Assembly: GCA_051942245.1 (NCBI GenBank) | Contig: JAVECL010000082.1 | Coordinates: 1-57,988, forward strand | DNA: 57,988 nt | DNA from: Trypethelium eluteriae | Lineage: Eukaryota | Reading direction: 5' to 3' | Part shown: positions 11,200 through 25,163 of the stretch, one piece after another | How positions within the stretch are numbered: position 1 is the first letter of the stretch | Layout of the letters: every line of letters starts with the position of its first letter | Position numbers and translations under genes: made by a program | The notes under the pieces: model-generated | What the model was told of the DNA's origin: nothing | What the model saw: the letters and a program-made list of their open reading frames with translations, nothing else | Databases searched by the model: none

Positions 11200-12263
11200 A
11201 TGCTATTCTATTGAAGGGCCTTGCAAGTGTAACAGCAAATGGATTGATGTTTCAGGCAAGTGCTCACAACGAAATAAGTCCCTGAACGGCAGACAGCGAC
11301 GAACTTCTTTACCACGTTGGAGGCAATATTTACCCAGCTTTAACAATATTCTCGCACCATTTGTGGGGGTGCATTCGAGATTACGGGCTCAGTGGTCCCA
11401 CCGACCTGGGCTTTGCATTTAGCTAATCAGCTAGCAATTCTTAAAACAGTAGCCAATGCTGCTATTGATGGAGTTCTCATTATAGTGAGAATAAAAGAGA
11501 ATAGTGAATGGAATCGTATAGTCTTAAGGTACACATAGGACTAACGAGGAGATCGTGACTAACATTAATATAATAACCAATCTAGACTTACCGTTGTTAA
11601 GCATCTCTCAATGAGTTCTATCGTAAAATGGGAAAAGTAGTCTGGCTAGCAGTTATACAGACGTTTAGTCGATCTCAGAATATAGTCTCTACAATAGCAT
11701 CGGAACGACATGAGCCTTAGGACTCTAACGATAGCATCGGTATTTCTGATGGTGGATAATGAGGGGATTGTCATTCTTAAGGGTCATAAACATTAGTACG
11801 GAATACCTGTGACAGAATGACGAAGTCCACTCTATTGATACAGCGCTTACGATTGTTCACTTATAAGATTTGGTATAGGGAAATAATCCAAGCATAATAC
11901 TGTTTTTACAGAAATTACTTCCAAATCAAGACATGGTAAGTACAGTATGCAATATTGGAAGACGGGTCTGATGTAGGACCACCGGACTCTGATCACCCTG
12001 ATTGAAGTGTCCATGGTAATCGCCTAACCTATATAGGTAGGTGTAAGCATTTGCATGCGAACGGCCCGAGCCGAAGTGCTGCGCACCGCGTCCACCTAGG
12101 TACATACTACTGGAGGTTCTGGAGGTTCGCGTCTTCACTTAACCCCATACCTTATCCTCACTCTGTACAGCACCGCGCTCCACTTATATCCTTGGCCCTC
12201 CATTGAGGTGACTGCGGTCTCACCTGAACATGTGGCAGGATTTGAGTGCAGTTGTCGCTCATT

Positions 12264-15200
12264 ATGGCGGACCCAGTTCCAGGACGACAAGTGTGAGTCT
12301 GACCCAGTAATGCCTTTCCGCCTCCCAAAGTGAGATATTGTCCAGCTGACCGCTCCAGGGCGCCCACTGTAATAGACCTGACCGGCAGCCCTGGGCCTGA
12401 AGATGGGCGTATTAGAGACGTGCCGCTTGAGGGTTCTAGCATTGGCTCATTTCCATCACGGTATATACATCCGAATGAACATTATCGTGAAAGCGATGGC
12501 ATCGCAAAGATACCTCTGCAGACTTTATACATGTCTGGATCCGGACAGTCATCTCTGAAGGCTCTCCACGAAACAATCTCCACCTACAAACCCGCGAACA
12601 TCAGTCCGGCTTATACGACATCACTACCTAATTTTAGTCAGCGCATTAATTACCATCAATCTCAGACGGGTACGAAGAGAGATATTCGAAGCCCCCAGAA
12701 TCCGTTTCATAATACGGGAAGCCCAAATATACAACCGAACAATACCACGAAAGACATGGGGTTGAATGCAGCCGATGGTCCGAAGCCAGTTGGAGATCTG
12801 GTTCGGATCCGTACAATGGAATCAGATGCTGGAAGGGGAATGAGGGCTAGGAAACAGCTCAAAAATCCGAAGCTAGCAAGTTTATCACAACGCGTCACGC
12901 CTACTTCTACTGCCTCGAACATATCTGATGCTGGCACGGCAGCAGAACCTCCGAGCGCTTCAAGCGATTCCGACGAACCGTCAGAAACAAATGACTTATT
13001 ATCTTCTTTCCAGCACGGAAGTGAATTACAGGAACCGCCACATAAGAAAGTACGTCGAGCCTTGAACGTCACAGATGGACCACGTGCGATCATTCCGAAG
13101 ACCCGCATGACGACAAGAGAATCTTCCAAGCCGACACCGCTGGCTATCTCAGAGCCGTACTCAAAACTCCCCCAGGAATCTCCGCTCCTGGGTAATGCCA
13201 ATGTTTTGCACGCGCCTTCAGTAAGCAACATCTACTCACCTATTGGGAAGAAGAGTCCGTTGAATCAACAATTACATTACAAGCTTAATAATACAAAAGA
13301 GTTCAAGACCCCGCCGGCATTTGACGATGAAGATAAGCCGAAAGCACTATCACCCCCACCAGTGCGATTTTCGACTGAGCCATCGAGGCCAGGGGTTTCA
13401 AAGGAACAACCTGTGCGTCCAGCCCCATTCGCAACGTCCTTTCCTGGAATTGAAGAGACTCCTGACATTCCTGCTATACCACATACGTCAAAATTTTCTG
13501 ATTTTGCCGACAAAGAGAGCGATGGTTTCAAGAATTTCCTAGAGCAGCGCAAAAAAGGAAAGAGAAGCAAACAAGAATCAAGGAAAGGCCAGCCATGGGA
13601 TAAAGAGGAAAACGGCCTTCTTAGCTATTTGAAGGGAGATCGCGGGCTTCAGTGGCCAGAGATTGCTGACTACTTTCCGGGGAGATCAAAGGAGAGTATA
13701 CAAGTTCATTGGTGTACAAAGCTTGCGCCGCGTCGTCCTACTGCTCGCCGAAAAGGCTCACGTAGGGATTCTTTCAAGGAAGTCAAGGTCGCTTTACGCT
13801 CTCAGCGGAAGAATAGGCCCACGAGCTTTGCGCTTGACCCATTGTCTGACGCTGACATTGAATCTTCAAGCGCCTCAAGTCCTGCTGTCCAAGAACAAGG
13901 AAAAGAGACTGGAAGTGACCAGAACAGCTCTGACCCTGATCCTGACGACCGTACTCTCCAATTTTCCGTGTCTTGGGGACAAAATCCGAGCGCGATCGAG
14001 CGACTAAGCGAAAGTGAGCAGTCCAGCAGTATTGACAGCCTTTTGGGTCCTGGAGAGAAAGCAAGCGACATACTTGGGGATACTGAATCTGATCTTCAGA
14101 AAGGACACCCAAACACCCAAGACCCCGAATCCAAGGCTGCAATGGACCCAACTTGGCAGCAGAATGCGTATAGAAGCACAACTAATATCCCGATATTTCA
14201 GTTCCTCAATCGGACAGATGATCAGATCAATGAGGAGAAGGAACGTCGCCGTCATATTCCAAGACGAAGAGCCTCGAATAGACCTCTCCTCTTTCGGTCG
14301 CAAGCATCAAGTCTAGGCTCTTTCGGTGATCTACAGGCCAGGTATGAGTTGCAGCATCAAGATAAGTTCTTCGCACCGAGGCACAGATCACCTGCATCAC
14401 TGGGAAGACCGCGAAAACGAGTTTTGAACTCGTCTTCTCCATATCCCTACCTGAGTTTTAAAGAGCGCCGTATTCTCACAAAAGGCCTAACAGAGGCAGA
14501 GTGGGACATGCATGCGAGTCAAAAGTGGCAAGGCGTAGCGTTTCACGTTGACTTCTCGGATCGGGAGCTGCACGAGCTCAAGAATTGTCTGCAAGCTACA
14601 GATGTGAATCTCAAGAGAGGATCAGCACTCTATTATCAGCTCACAGACGCAGGACGACAGCTCAAACAAGAGGATGTAGCTGTCATCGCGTCGCATGCAA
14701 GTAGGCGCTCAGCGCTAAGACATCGTACAGATGCAAGTATCGGAGCTTTTCTTGAAGACTTATGTGCTGGAGTGACCTCAAGAAATCCTGCTAGCAAATA
14801 CATTGGGCCATCGCCCTCTCGTGATTCTGCTTTGGATGGACACGGCGACATCTCCTCGATACTGCAGGACCGCGAACTTGGCGGACGCCCGGGCAGGAGG
14901 CCGAATACTGGAGGGAAACACCACCACGACTTACGGTCACGTATGCTTGATACGTTCGGTCCTTCGTGCTCCTTTACCGGCACTTCTGGGGATGTGCATA
15001 CTGTGGCTTGGGCACCAGATGGCGGCAAGTTCGCGGTAGGCTCCGTTGCAACGACAGACCCTACAAGCATGCAGTATAATAGGCCGAATAACCTCCTATT
15101 GGGCGATGTTGAAAAGAAACGTCTTTGGGAATTACCCGAGCATACTATCCAGCGATCCCGCCCGAAGACTGGTATTAACGCCTCTGAAGCTATGCGAGTT

Positions 15201-17090
15201 TCACAGGATCCTCGTCTATTCATGACTGTCACCATGGTGAACTTCTCTACAGAAGGGAACTCGATGTTCTCAGCCGGCTATGATAATTGCGTTCGCGTCT
15301 GGGACGTCACATCGGGTATCGACGGAGCAGTGTGTACCAATCGGCTAGAGCACAAAGCCCCCGTTGATGTAATTGCTGTAGGTGATCACGGCGTGCTTGC
15401 CACTGGTTCGCAGCGTACCAACAAGAGCATCAAAGTTATCCGTTATGGATCTAACGGCCTGGAAAAGTGTCATTCGTACAGCTCGAACAAGGCATTTTCC
15501 AAACCCGAGGCGCGGGCAACCCCTTCCTGTTTGAAATGGGGGATCCACTGGGCTCATAGTAAATTTTTACTGGCTGGTTTTGCGTCAACTACAACTGGTG
15601 ATAAAATGGATGCTTATGGGGAGACATGTCTTTGGAACGTAGAGACAGGGCAGTCGTTGTCCCTGATCAAGAATACCCCGGCTGTCTTTGACTGTGCGTG
15701 GAATCCGATACCGAGTCGCCGAGCGTCCTTCTTCGCGGTTGGATCTGCTGCACCACTGCAAGGCGTGAACCGAGGTACACATTCCGTTGTGCGCTTCTAT
15801 GATCCAGCAACACCGGCGTGGGATCGGTATCGGTGTACCGATGAGTTCGAATGTCCTGCCTATGATATGAATGACGTGGTCTGGTGCCCGTATGATGAGA
15901 ACTTGATAGCGACTTCTTGCACAAATGGCAAGACATATCTCTGGGATATTCGAAAGAGAGACCTTCTTAGTACCCTGAGACATGGCAAATCGCTTATGCC
16001 GTTGGATGAGTCGCAGCTGCCAGAATTTGTCGATACGGGAGTTCGCTTTTGCTCGTGGGGTCCGTACCGAGAGCGACTTTATACAGGATCTTCAGATGGC
16101 CGTGTTCGCGCTTGGAATCCATACGTTGCGCCTGATGACATGCATGTGCGTGACATAGCACAACTTGACTCTGGAGTCATGAGCGGTGCCTTCAGTCCAG
16201 ACTACAGTAAATTGCTGGTGGGAGAGGTGAACGGCTCTATCAACTTACTCTCTGTTGGTGAGGCGGGTCGGAAAGTGAAGAACACGGCGAAATTCAAAGT
16301 TGAACAATTACCTTTGACCGCTTACGAAGATGCTCCAACAGTTAGCCAGAACGCTACCTCTGGTGTCAAAGTAGCCAAAGACCTCGTGAGTTCAGGGGAG
16401 ATTGCTCTGAGGCCTATGGGACCTTTCCCAATCCGACAAGCAGTTCAAGGACCGAATTATGACAAGGCAGGACCCAAGGGCGAGGCTGGCGATGCCGCGA
16501 TGTTGCGTGCACATGCTAGAGCCTTCCAAGCTGATCTGGCGGAACAGGCTCAGACCCAAAATCGCGGTCTGCCGTGCAGTCTGCACAACACAGAGAGGCT
16601 CTTCCAGTATACTGAAGAAGAGCGTGAGGACTCAAAGCGGAGTTTGGATCGGATTCCCCATGCTCTGCGGTCAGCCGCCAAACAATCATCAGCGCCGCAG
16701 ACAGTACAGTCCAAGAGTGCGGTACCGGCAATAAAGCAATGCTCAAATTGTGGCAGAGCTGCCCGGCCAAGGGTCAATACCGATTGGGATGACAAAGTGG
16801 CGTTTTGTGAGGTCTGCTCTTTCACCTGTCTACGATGCCCTGCGACTGCCGTCGTTCATCCCGAGATGGACACGGTGGAGTGTTTTTCATGTGGTGTTAC
16901 TTGGAGGGCAGACATCTTGGGATATTCCATCCAGAAGGGGCGTATGGCTGGAACAAGTGAAAAGCCTGCTATGCTTTATACCCCAATCGATCGAATTTTG
17001 CAAGCGGAAGGAGCGGACGAGGAGTCATTTGACGAGATGGAGGAATACTTCCACAGTTTATGGCAGCATGTATCAGACTCTCCATTGTAA
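12264..17090 (+). CDS. Raf1/Dos1 (DIM-9-like) WD40 DCAF with an N-terminal Myb/SANT domain and C-terminal Cys cluster, 2 exons
   Basis: ATG 12264, intron 12293-12359, then about 1580 aa. Myb repeat WDKEENGLL..LQWPEIADYFPGRSKESIQVHW; WD40 region FTGTSGDVHTVAWAPDG..MQYNRPNNLLLGD..; WDxR motif LWDIR; four CxxC pairs at the C-terminus. Confidence 0.75.
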
Positions 17091-17669
17091 ATACGGGAGA
17101 GCTTCTTTAGTTGTAGATAGCTTGAACGAAATGGAGCGCAATACTTCTCAAAAAAAAAGAAAAAAATGAAAAAAATGAAAAATTAGTATGTGATCATTGC
17201 GCTGATTTGTCAGTCCCGTCTTCTGCTGTCTCCCGACATGCTGTCTCGGTAAATTCATGACCTCATTGCATCATTGTTGACGATGACAGCTTGACGCTAC
17301 CTAGGGAAGGTACCGTGGGTACCTACATGTTCAGGTGCAGAAGGTACTAGTGTACTACTAGACAGTTGCACCTGAATGACTCTTTTCCGGGAGTGGCGGG
17401 TGAGGTGGGAATGGAGAGGGAGTCACATGACGGGCAGGTCTTGTGCGGATGGCTCAGCCCCTCACCGACTGTGACCAACGTCTGAAGTCGTCGCTCGTGT
17501 CTGCCTGCGCCGCCGTCGCCCTCCACCACTGCCCAACCTCTTATTCTGCCTCCCACCTACCTACCCTGTACTTCTTCGTTCTCCAACCATCCAACCAACC
17601 AACCAAGTATCGACCCTTCTTCACCCGACTGCTCTCAGATTCAAAATATTCTCGTCGAAACCGTTCAAT

Positions 17670-18241
<572 letters not shown>

Positions 18242-20201
18242 TGATTCTTATCCTGGGCTTGGGATTCTCCGACGGCCTTCTTGTTTTCGGAGTTCACGGT
18301 ACCCCCTTCCTTTGCTTTTGTGTCGAATAGTACCTGCTCCCGCAAGCCAAGACGAGGGAGGGGGGCTATTGAGAAGTCATTGGAGTCGGCTTTAGCATGT
18401 GAGCTCTCAAAGGCCAGGTGACAAGGTACTCCACAGAACTGTTTGCGACAAGGCAAAGTAATGCAGCAGTCTCGGCAATAGCAAGTATCTTTCAATAAGC
18501 AATATACAAAGTCGTCTCCATCTTGCTCGTTCTTCGCTTGCCCACCCTCTTCCACGTTCTCCGCTTAAGAATGAAGATTCATTGCTAATTTGTTATCATA
18601 CATACTTATGATGCGCTAACAAATCCCATTTTGATGACTTACACGTCGTCTGCATATGAAAATTTTGAACTTCACGTTGTACCCGTTTTACTTTAGAGTA
18701 GACTTGAAGTAAATTACGGTATGCGTCGAACCAGTGGCTTTCTCAGGCCATACTGCAGCGGTGAAGGCCGGGCTTAAAGTGCTTGCTGCGCGCTCCGAGA
18801 TTGAACTTGGTCTTTTTCTTGGCTTCTTGTGGTGGTCGAGATAGTGGAGGCGGCCACGGTACGTGTCTGGGCTCCCATACGTATCCACGGCGAGGACGCA
18901 TTCGTTGCAGGTAAATCTATGTAGGTGTTTCTATAGCTGCGATCACTTGCCCGATGTACGGAGTACTGGCTTGAGACTTATCGCCGTCGCTGACTTCTGT
19001 AACACAGGATGCCTTGTAGACCTGCTTCTCCTTTATTCTTCGATACCATCCCTCCTTCCATTATTCCACTATTCCACTATTTTTCCTCTCCGTAGTTGTC
19101 ACGTGGGTATCGAATGCCGAATTCGCTGCTCATTTGGTAGCTTGACACGTCAATTTCTTGACCCTTCTTCGATCAACACACGACCTTAGTCTGTGATCAA
19201 TGATTTATTAGTGACTTTGAACGTACACAGCAATTGAGGCTGGCGTCATAACTCCACCTAGCCGTGCCACAGACTGAGCGAAACGCTATCAGTCGATCGT
19301 TAGACTGATTGTGCTCTTCATTGCGCGCTTCCGCTTAATCGCTGCAACTTCTCACATTCGCTCAACCAAAGTTCAAGCTTAGCGCAGGAGTTGCATGCAA
19401 CCCGGGTTGGCACTGGCCTCTCCTTCGACATCTTTACGAAACTGCACCGCATACACGTCTATTGTCTCCTTCATTCACTTATAGTCCCAATTCTGGCCGC
19501 AATAGTCGTCTTGGTCAGCTCCTCTCCAGACATCCCATTTAAGGAGTGACCTCCCTCAATCCAGGGCCACAATTATTCTAGACCTCCGAGAATAACCTCA
19601 TCCTAATGAACTTGGACTCGTCAGAAAGCTCCTACTACATAAGTCCTCGTTGACTTCTACCTCTCTGATTCTGGAAAGCTTGCGAATTCTTCACCTCACT
19701 TCAGTTTGCTTAGACAGCTCAATTCTTTTGGGTTGATCTCAGACCCTTGCACTGATTCACTTTGATACCTCATCTCAATTTTCATCGCACTTTCAAAACT
19801 ACGGCTGCATAGCTGAGGTGTTATCTGCCTTGGCACCTTTGGGCGTGGTATTCGTCCGTTCCTAGGATTACCTCGGTCCAGCCTCGTCCATATCTCTTCA
19901 AGTGTCACAAGAGGGACACTGAGACGTTACTATCGGATCTCAAACACGTGCCTTCGACTCATCGATCTTCAGATCACTTAACTCCAAGCTTCTCACTTAC
20001 TATATTCCCATCGACACCCTCAATTCTCCGACCTTCCCTTTTCCTACCCTCATTGATCTCTACATCATCCCGCAAACTTCAACTCTTCGTCTTTGGCGGT
20101 GTTTGCTTCGTCGGCTGACAGCTACATCTGTCCGGCAGGCTCGATAACGCCATCCGTTTTGCTGACTTATTCTTGCATCTTATCTGCGGCTGGGCGCAGC
20201 C

Positions 20202-23200
20202 ATGACTGGAACTCGATTTATTAAGCAGGAGCTTCATGATGATCCTTCGATGGATCAAGACTTAGATGATGGACATCGTGAGTAACGTCATCAAATGTCT
20301 TCTAGAGCCTGGCCCGATTATGCATATGCAGAACACAAGCGTGCGAAGCTGGATACCGATACTGAGGCGAACAATGCGCTGGTGACCGATCTGGACGATG
20401 ATGACCGATGCGCTCCACCATACAAAGTTGGCGATCACGAAATGCCGCGACTTGCTGTGTACTGCCCGCAGTTCCCCGACCTCCTCGAAGCCGCCACCAA
20501 ACCGATTCACTTGGTCCTTTCAGAGATCAAAAAGGCGCGCGACAGGCCGAACGATCTCGACGAATTTCTTCGCACTTCCAAAAGAGGCACGAAAGTCGAC
20601 ATGCCCAACGCCAAGATCGTCGCGACCTTGGGGGAGAGTGGAAAAGGTAAGATAGCCGGATGATATCTATATTTCATTATTTATACAACGGACAGGCAAG
20701 TCGTCAACCTTAATCAGTATATCGGATACTCAGGGCATGGCTTTTACTGTGAGATTGCAATCTGTTGCGTATGTGAGTGAAAACTTATTGTAAGGATAGG
20801 GAAATGGGGGTGGCAGCGTTACTAATGTAGTTCACGAATACCATCCCTCTCGACCAAACCAAACAAAACCCTTCGAAGTGGAGATCAACATAATGAACGC
20901 GGAAAAGAGGAATGAAATTGTCATGTCCTGCTTCTCCAAATGTCATGCGGTTTTCACAAATACCCAGGAACACGGCCAATCAATATCCACCGCGGAGCAA
21001 CTGGAAATCGTCCAAGAGCTCGAGGCAGAGGCAAGAGACGGGCTTCAAACTCTGAGAACACTATTTTGCGACCGATCTGAATTTTCTAGCGACGAAAAGG
21101 CGGAAATTTTTGTTCGAAAGGCAAAATCTGGATCGGATAAGGCTGTGGGAACCAAGTTCAAGAATTGGCTAGGCGAGCTCACGAAAAAGCACGGTGCTCG
21201 GGACGGCGTCGTGACTTTGACGGCCAGCGATACCCAAGAACTGAGCAAGCTTGTAGAGCCGTATGCGAGGACACCGATAATAGACGAAGACATCGACGAG
21301 GAACCCTCTCTGTGGCCAATCGTTCGCATCATTAGGTTTGCTCTGAAAGCCATTCTCCGAATTTCTTCAGGCTAACACAATTGTAGGATCTATTCAGATG
21401 CTCCGGTGCTGAAGGAGAATCTAATCCTGGCAGATCTTCCAGGTTCGTGACTAGTCGTGCGGCTAGAGGACGTCTCATAACTCTAGTATAGGAACTTCCG
21501 ATACCAATCAGCTCCGTGTAAAAGCTACGCATTCATATCTAAGCGGTTGTGATGCCATCATGCTCGTCGTTACTATGGATCGCGTCGTCGATAAACTATG
21601 GCTGGAGCAAACACTTCGAAAGTTCGGCAGAACCAAGAAATGTTTCCTCGTAATCACGAAAATCGATGTAAGTTGTCACAGGGTCCAACTTTAGTTTGAT
21701 AATTATTCACTGCGTCAAGGAACTTAGTGGTAATGGCGAAGACCAGAAGATGACAGCTGCCTTGAGAAGGGAGATAGAAGTTCTCAAAATTGCAATCACA
21801 ACGGCTCGACAAGAGTTCCGAGAGACCACAGATGTAGCTGTCAAAGCCATCGTGAGGTAGGTGGACGTATTAGCTGCACCGTGTTTCTCCAGCTTACTGA
21901 CTACGGTAGGACTAAGCTGAAGAGACTCGAAGCAAAGTAAGTACCTAGTTTGACAGAGCACGGGAAGAGTGCGACTGACCTGGCCTGATAGAAAAAGGTC
22001 CTGTTGCATTGCCGCTAGAAACGAGGCCGTCACTAAAGCGCTAGAGGCCAAATATCGTGGTAAGATGAATTTGGAAATCTTCTGCGTTTCCAACTTGGAG
22101 TACGAGAAACACAAGACAGGATATTTCATGGAAGACGACGATGAGAATATCCCGAAACTCTCAGTCAAAGAGACCGGTATACCATCTCTCCGCCACCGTC
22201 TCTTCAATTTCCCTGCTCGTTCAAGATACGAGGCTGTCAGGTTTCACGTCCGTACCTTGATCCCCTCCATCCTTAATGCCGGCCAGATCATGTGTTTGAA
22301 ATCCAAGACCAAGAGAAAGGACACGATTGAACCTATTGTGCGCGATCCTGAAGGCGTAAGTGCGTTACTCGAGCTTAATGACGAGGCTGATTCAAGCAGA
22401 CGTGCCCTGTGCTATTCGCTAAACAACGGGATGATTTACTCAATGCCATGCAAGGCCTCGTGCAAGCGACGAGTAAGTAGCAAACAATGATACCCTTCCA
22501 GAAGGGTTGCTGACAGTATGTTCAGGACAAGCGCTGCCGGCGTGGCGTGCACATGGAGTTACTACTGCTGACAAGTGGGCGGAGGTGAGCAACGATATTC
22601 AAGACAGCTTTCCTCGGGGCGTCGCTAATTTTCGTAGCAATACAAATATGCGTACGTGGATTGTGTGACCGATGAGCTCTTCGACTTACATACCTCTTTC
22701 ATCTAGGGCGTACAATGCTTTCTGCAAAAATCAAGGCGTGCGAAAGTCACCGAAAAAGAAGGGAAAGCCATTAACGGGCGACTCCGTCGTGTCATGGAAC
22801 GAGCAGTTGCTCCTTCCCGTCGCCGCGCTGCTAGTAGACGAGTTCAAGAAACTCGAGCTGGCAACCCTGAAGCTCGACACGGATTACTGTGATCGCATTG
22901 ACGCGAATTCTATCGACGTCGTGGCAAAGTTGCAAGGTAGGCCAGGATCTCTGATAGTATGAGGCCTTAGTTGATTTGTTGTGCATAGCCCAGCACGAGT
23001 CGCTGCTAGTACCGATGCCTTTGTTGATCAAGCAGCAGGGCGTAACGAGAGACTTGACAAAGAAAGCTGTGACTGACGCCGGCGAAGCACTTAGACAGAA
23101 ATTGAGGCACGTATCTTGAGGGAGCAGTGAGTGACTTACGAGAAGACTAATATGAGGGTAGCTTGATCGGATATGATGCGTACGTGAATACCGAGGGCTC

Positions 23201-23640
23201 CTATCTCAGTAGCCAAATGGCGAACGTATATGAGGAGATCTTGCAGATCAGAGGTGAGCGCGTTCGCTGCCATTGGTTGAGAATTCCAGGCTGAACCGTA
23301 AGGCAAAAATTCCCATGCCAATCGCACTGAATATATGAGATCGAAAATTCGAGGCGGTAATATCGAGGTCGGCAAGAGCGTGTTCGCGAGCATCCCCAAT
23401 GGCATCCAAGATGCCGCCACAAGAGCGATCCACGACTACCATGACGACCTACGGGCAAGAGCACAGGAGCCTCTTGGCGAGCTGGCCAAGAACTTCGATA
23501 ATTTCTTCGACGATAATGCGATCGAGACCGACGAAAGTAAGGCATTTCGCAAGAAGACGACGGAATGGATAGCCGCTGCCCATGAAATTCTCGACAATGA
23601 AGTCGAGCCGCTATTAAAGGCTTGCGAAAATTACCGTTGA
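20202..23640 (+). CDS. Dynamin-like P-loop GTPase (SLIP-GC/NUGGC-type), 16 exons
   Basis: Hand-spliced intact frame: G1 GESGK|GKSS, G2 region GSVTNVVHEY, G3 LADLPG, G4 ITKID, then SLWPIV and TGIPSLR motifs and a helical C-terminal half. It needs 15 introns of about 45-55 nt; the first exon/start is less certain. Confidence 0.8.
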
Positions 23641-24838
23641 GGAAGCGGTCGCCCATCGCGTCAGAGATTCTTTGATACTATCGCACATTTCGGCAACGCT
23701 TGTCGACAATCTTTTTGTCCTTCCTTACACTTTTCCTACTCGCTTCCTCTTGCTTGCATTTCGACCCCCAGTCTTTGCTGCTACATGATGGTTGTATTTA
23801 GGGAGAGAAGGGCAGAATGGTGCAGCGCAGAGGATCATTGCCCTTTCGTTCATCCTAAACCTACTCGATGTCAAAAACAGATACTCTGCGCTTTGATGAT
23901 GGTCTCTCTTAATGCTGGGACGGAATTCCGGCGATTCGAAGCTAATGCTTTGGCATGCAATTATCGGCAGCTTAGATGTAGACATTTCTGCAATTAATGT
24001 ACAGCTTTTTCGAACATCCAATTCCAGACTTTACTAGAGATATATCGACTTGATATATAGCGCTTCAGTCCCTCTTCGCTCTATGTATCCAGCTGGTAAC
24101 AAAGCAATAACCCACACCTCTTCGCAAGACTCACAAGCCAGTGCACCTTGGTCAAAGCTCAGAGTAAGGCTTGTGGCCGATAGTGATCCTGTTACTCTGA
24201 TACCATTCTGGTCTCCAGTCGGAGGCAATCTATCGAACTGCGGCGGAGGCTACATCAGGGCGAAAAGCTCTGTTGTTCTACATAGCTACAGCTGACTGTT
24301 TAATGACCTCGGAAATTAAGGAGATAAAGCCTCTGAGGTGGTCTATACCAATTCGGGCAGGGATCTGCACCACCAAGCGCGAGCCAATAGGACCTAGGAG
24401 CATCACCTAGTAGAAAGGGACGAAAGGTGAGTTCTCAGGTTCGACACAATCGTTGAGGGACGTGGTGGCTCAAGTCCGGGTGGGAGGAGCCTAGGCCGAA
24501 AATGAGTGGAAATGAATAGTTAGATACCATTCTTTGGATATCAACAAGCGGCTCTTTTGAGTTCTTGTCAAATAGTTCTGCTAATGTCGTTCGACAGCTT
24601 CTTGGAACACGTAGAGATTAGATTGTTTATTGATCCCCGGGCGGAAAGACCGCACAGACCTGTCGCGAGTTCCGCCCCGCCAGGGTTCGCCATCCCGAGT
24701 TGCTCGTCCATTTTTCTCGACCTTTGCTGCAAATTCAGTTCCTAGCCCTCTGTAATTCTCGTCTCACAATTAGAACAGCTTCGTCCACCTCGCGAAGGTA
24801 TATCAGTCTATACAGCAGACTCTCGGCAACGAAACATA

Positions 24839-25163
24839 ATGTCAGCTCCATATATCATATCAAAGTACGTCCAAATCATTTTCTGCTCTACTACTGTCTA
24901 TGCCTCGGTGAATTGAGCGCGGTCGTCCTCAGACTGAAATCATGTTGCATGATCTTTCTATTGACCTCTGCATTTCTTGTAGATCCCTCGATCCCTTATT
25001 CGCCATTGGGATTGGTCTCGCTGCAGCTGGCGTACGCATTCGCCGCGAAGAACGCGAGAAAGGCCATAATTGGGACGAGACAATTGCATTAGGAAAGAGG
25101 AGGGTAAACACTCTCTTCGTCACCGAGCCCGAATCTACGAAGTCCTCCGGTCATAAATCATGA
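24839..25163 (+). CDS. NCE101: Nce101-family small membrane protein, 2 exons
   Basis: MSAPYIISK|SLDPLFAIGIGLAAAGVRIRREEREKG...KRR. Intron 24865-24982 (GTACGT..TTGAC..TAG). The YxISKxxDPxFA motif is typical of the family. Confidence 0.8.

Noticed and set aside
17149..17182. A-rich tract after the WD40 gene
   Set aside because: Simple 3'-UTR low-complexity run, with no target-site duplication or retroelement body.
24430..24480. GGTTCGA T-loop-like motif (also at about 45900)
   Set aside because: No cloverleaf or matching A-box and acceptor stem; not a tRNA.
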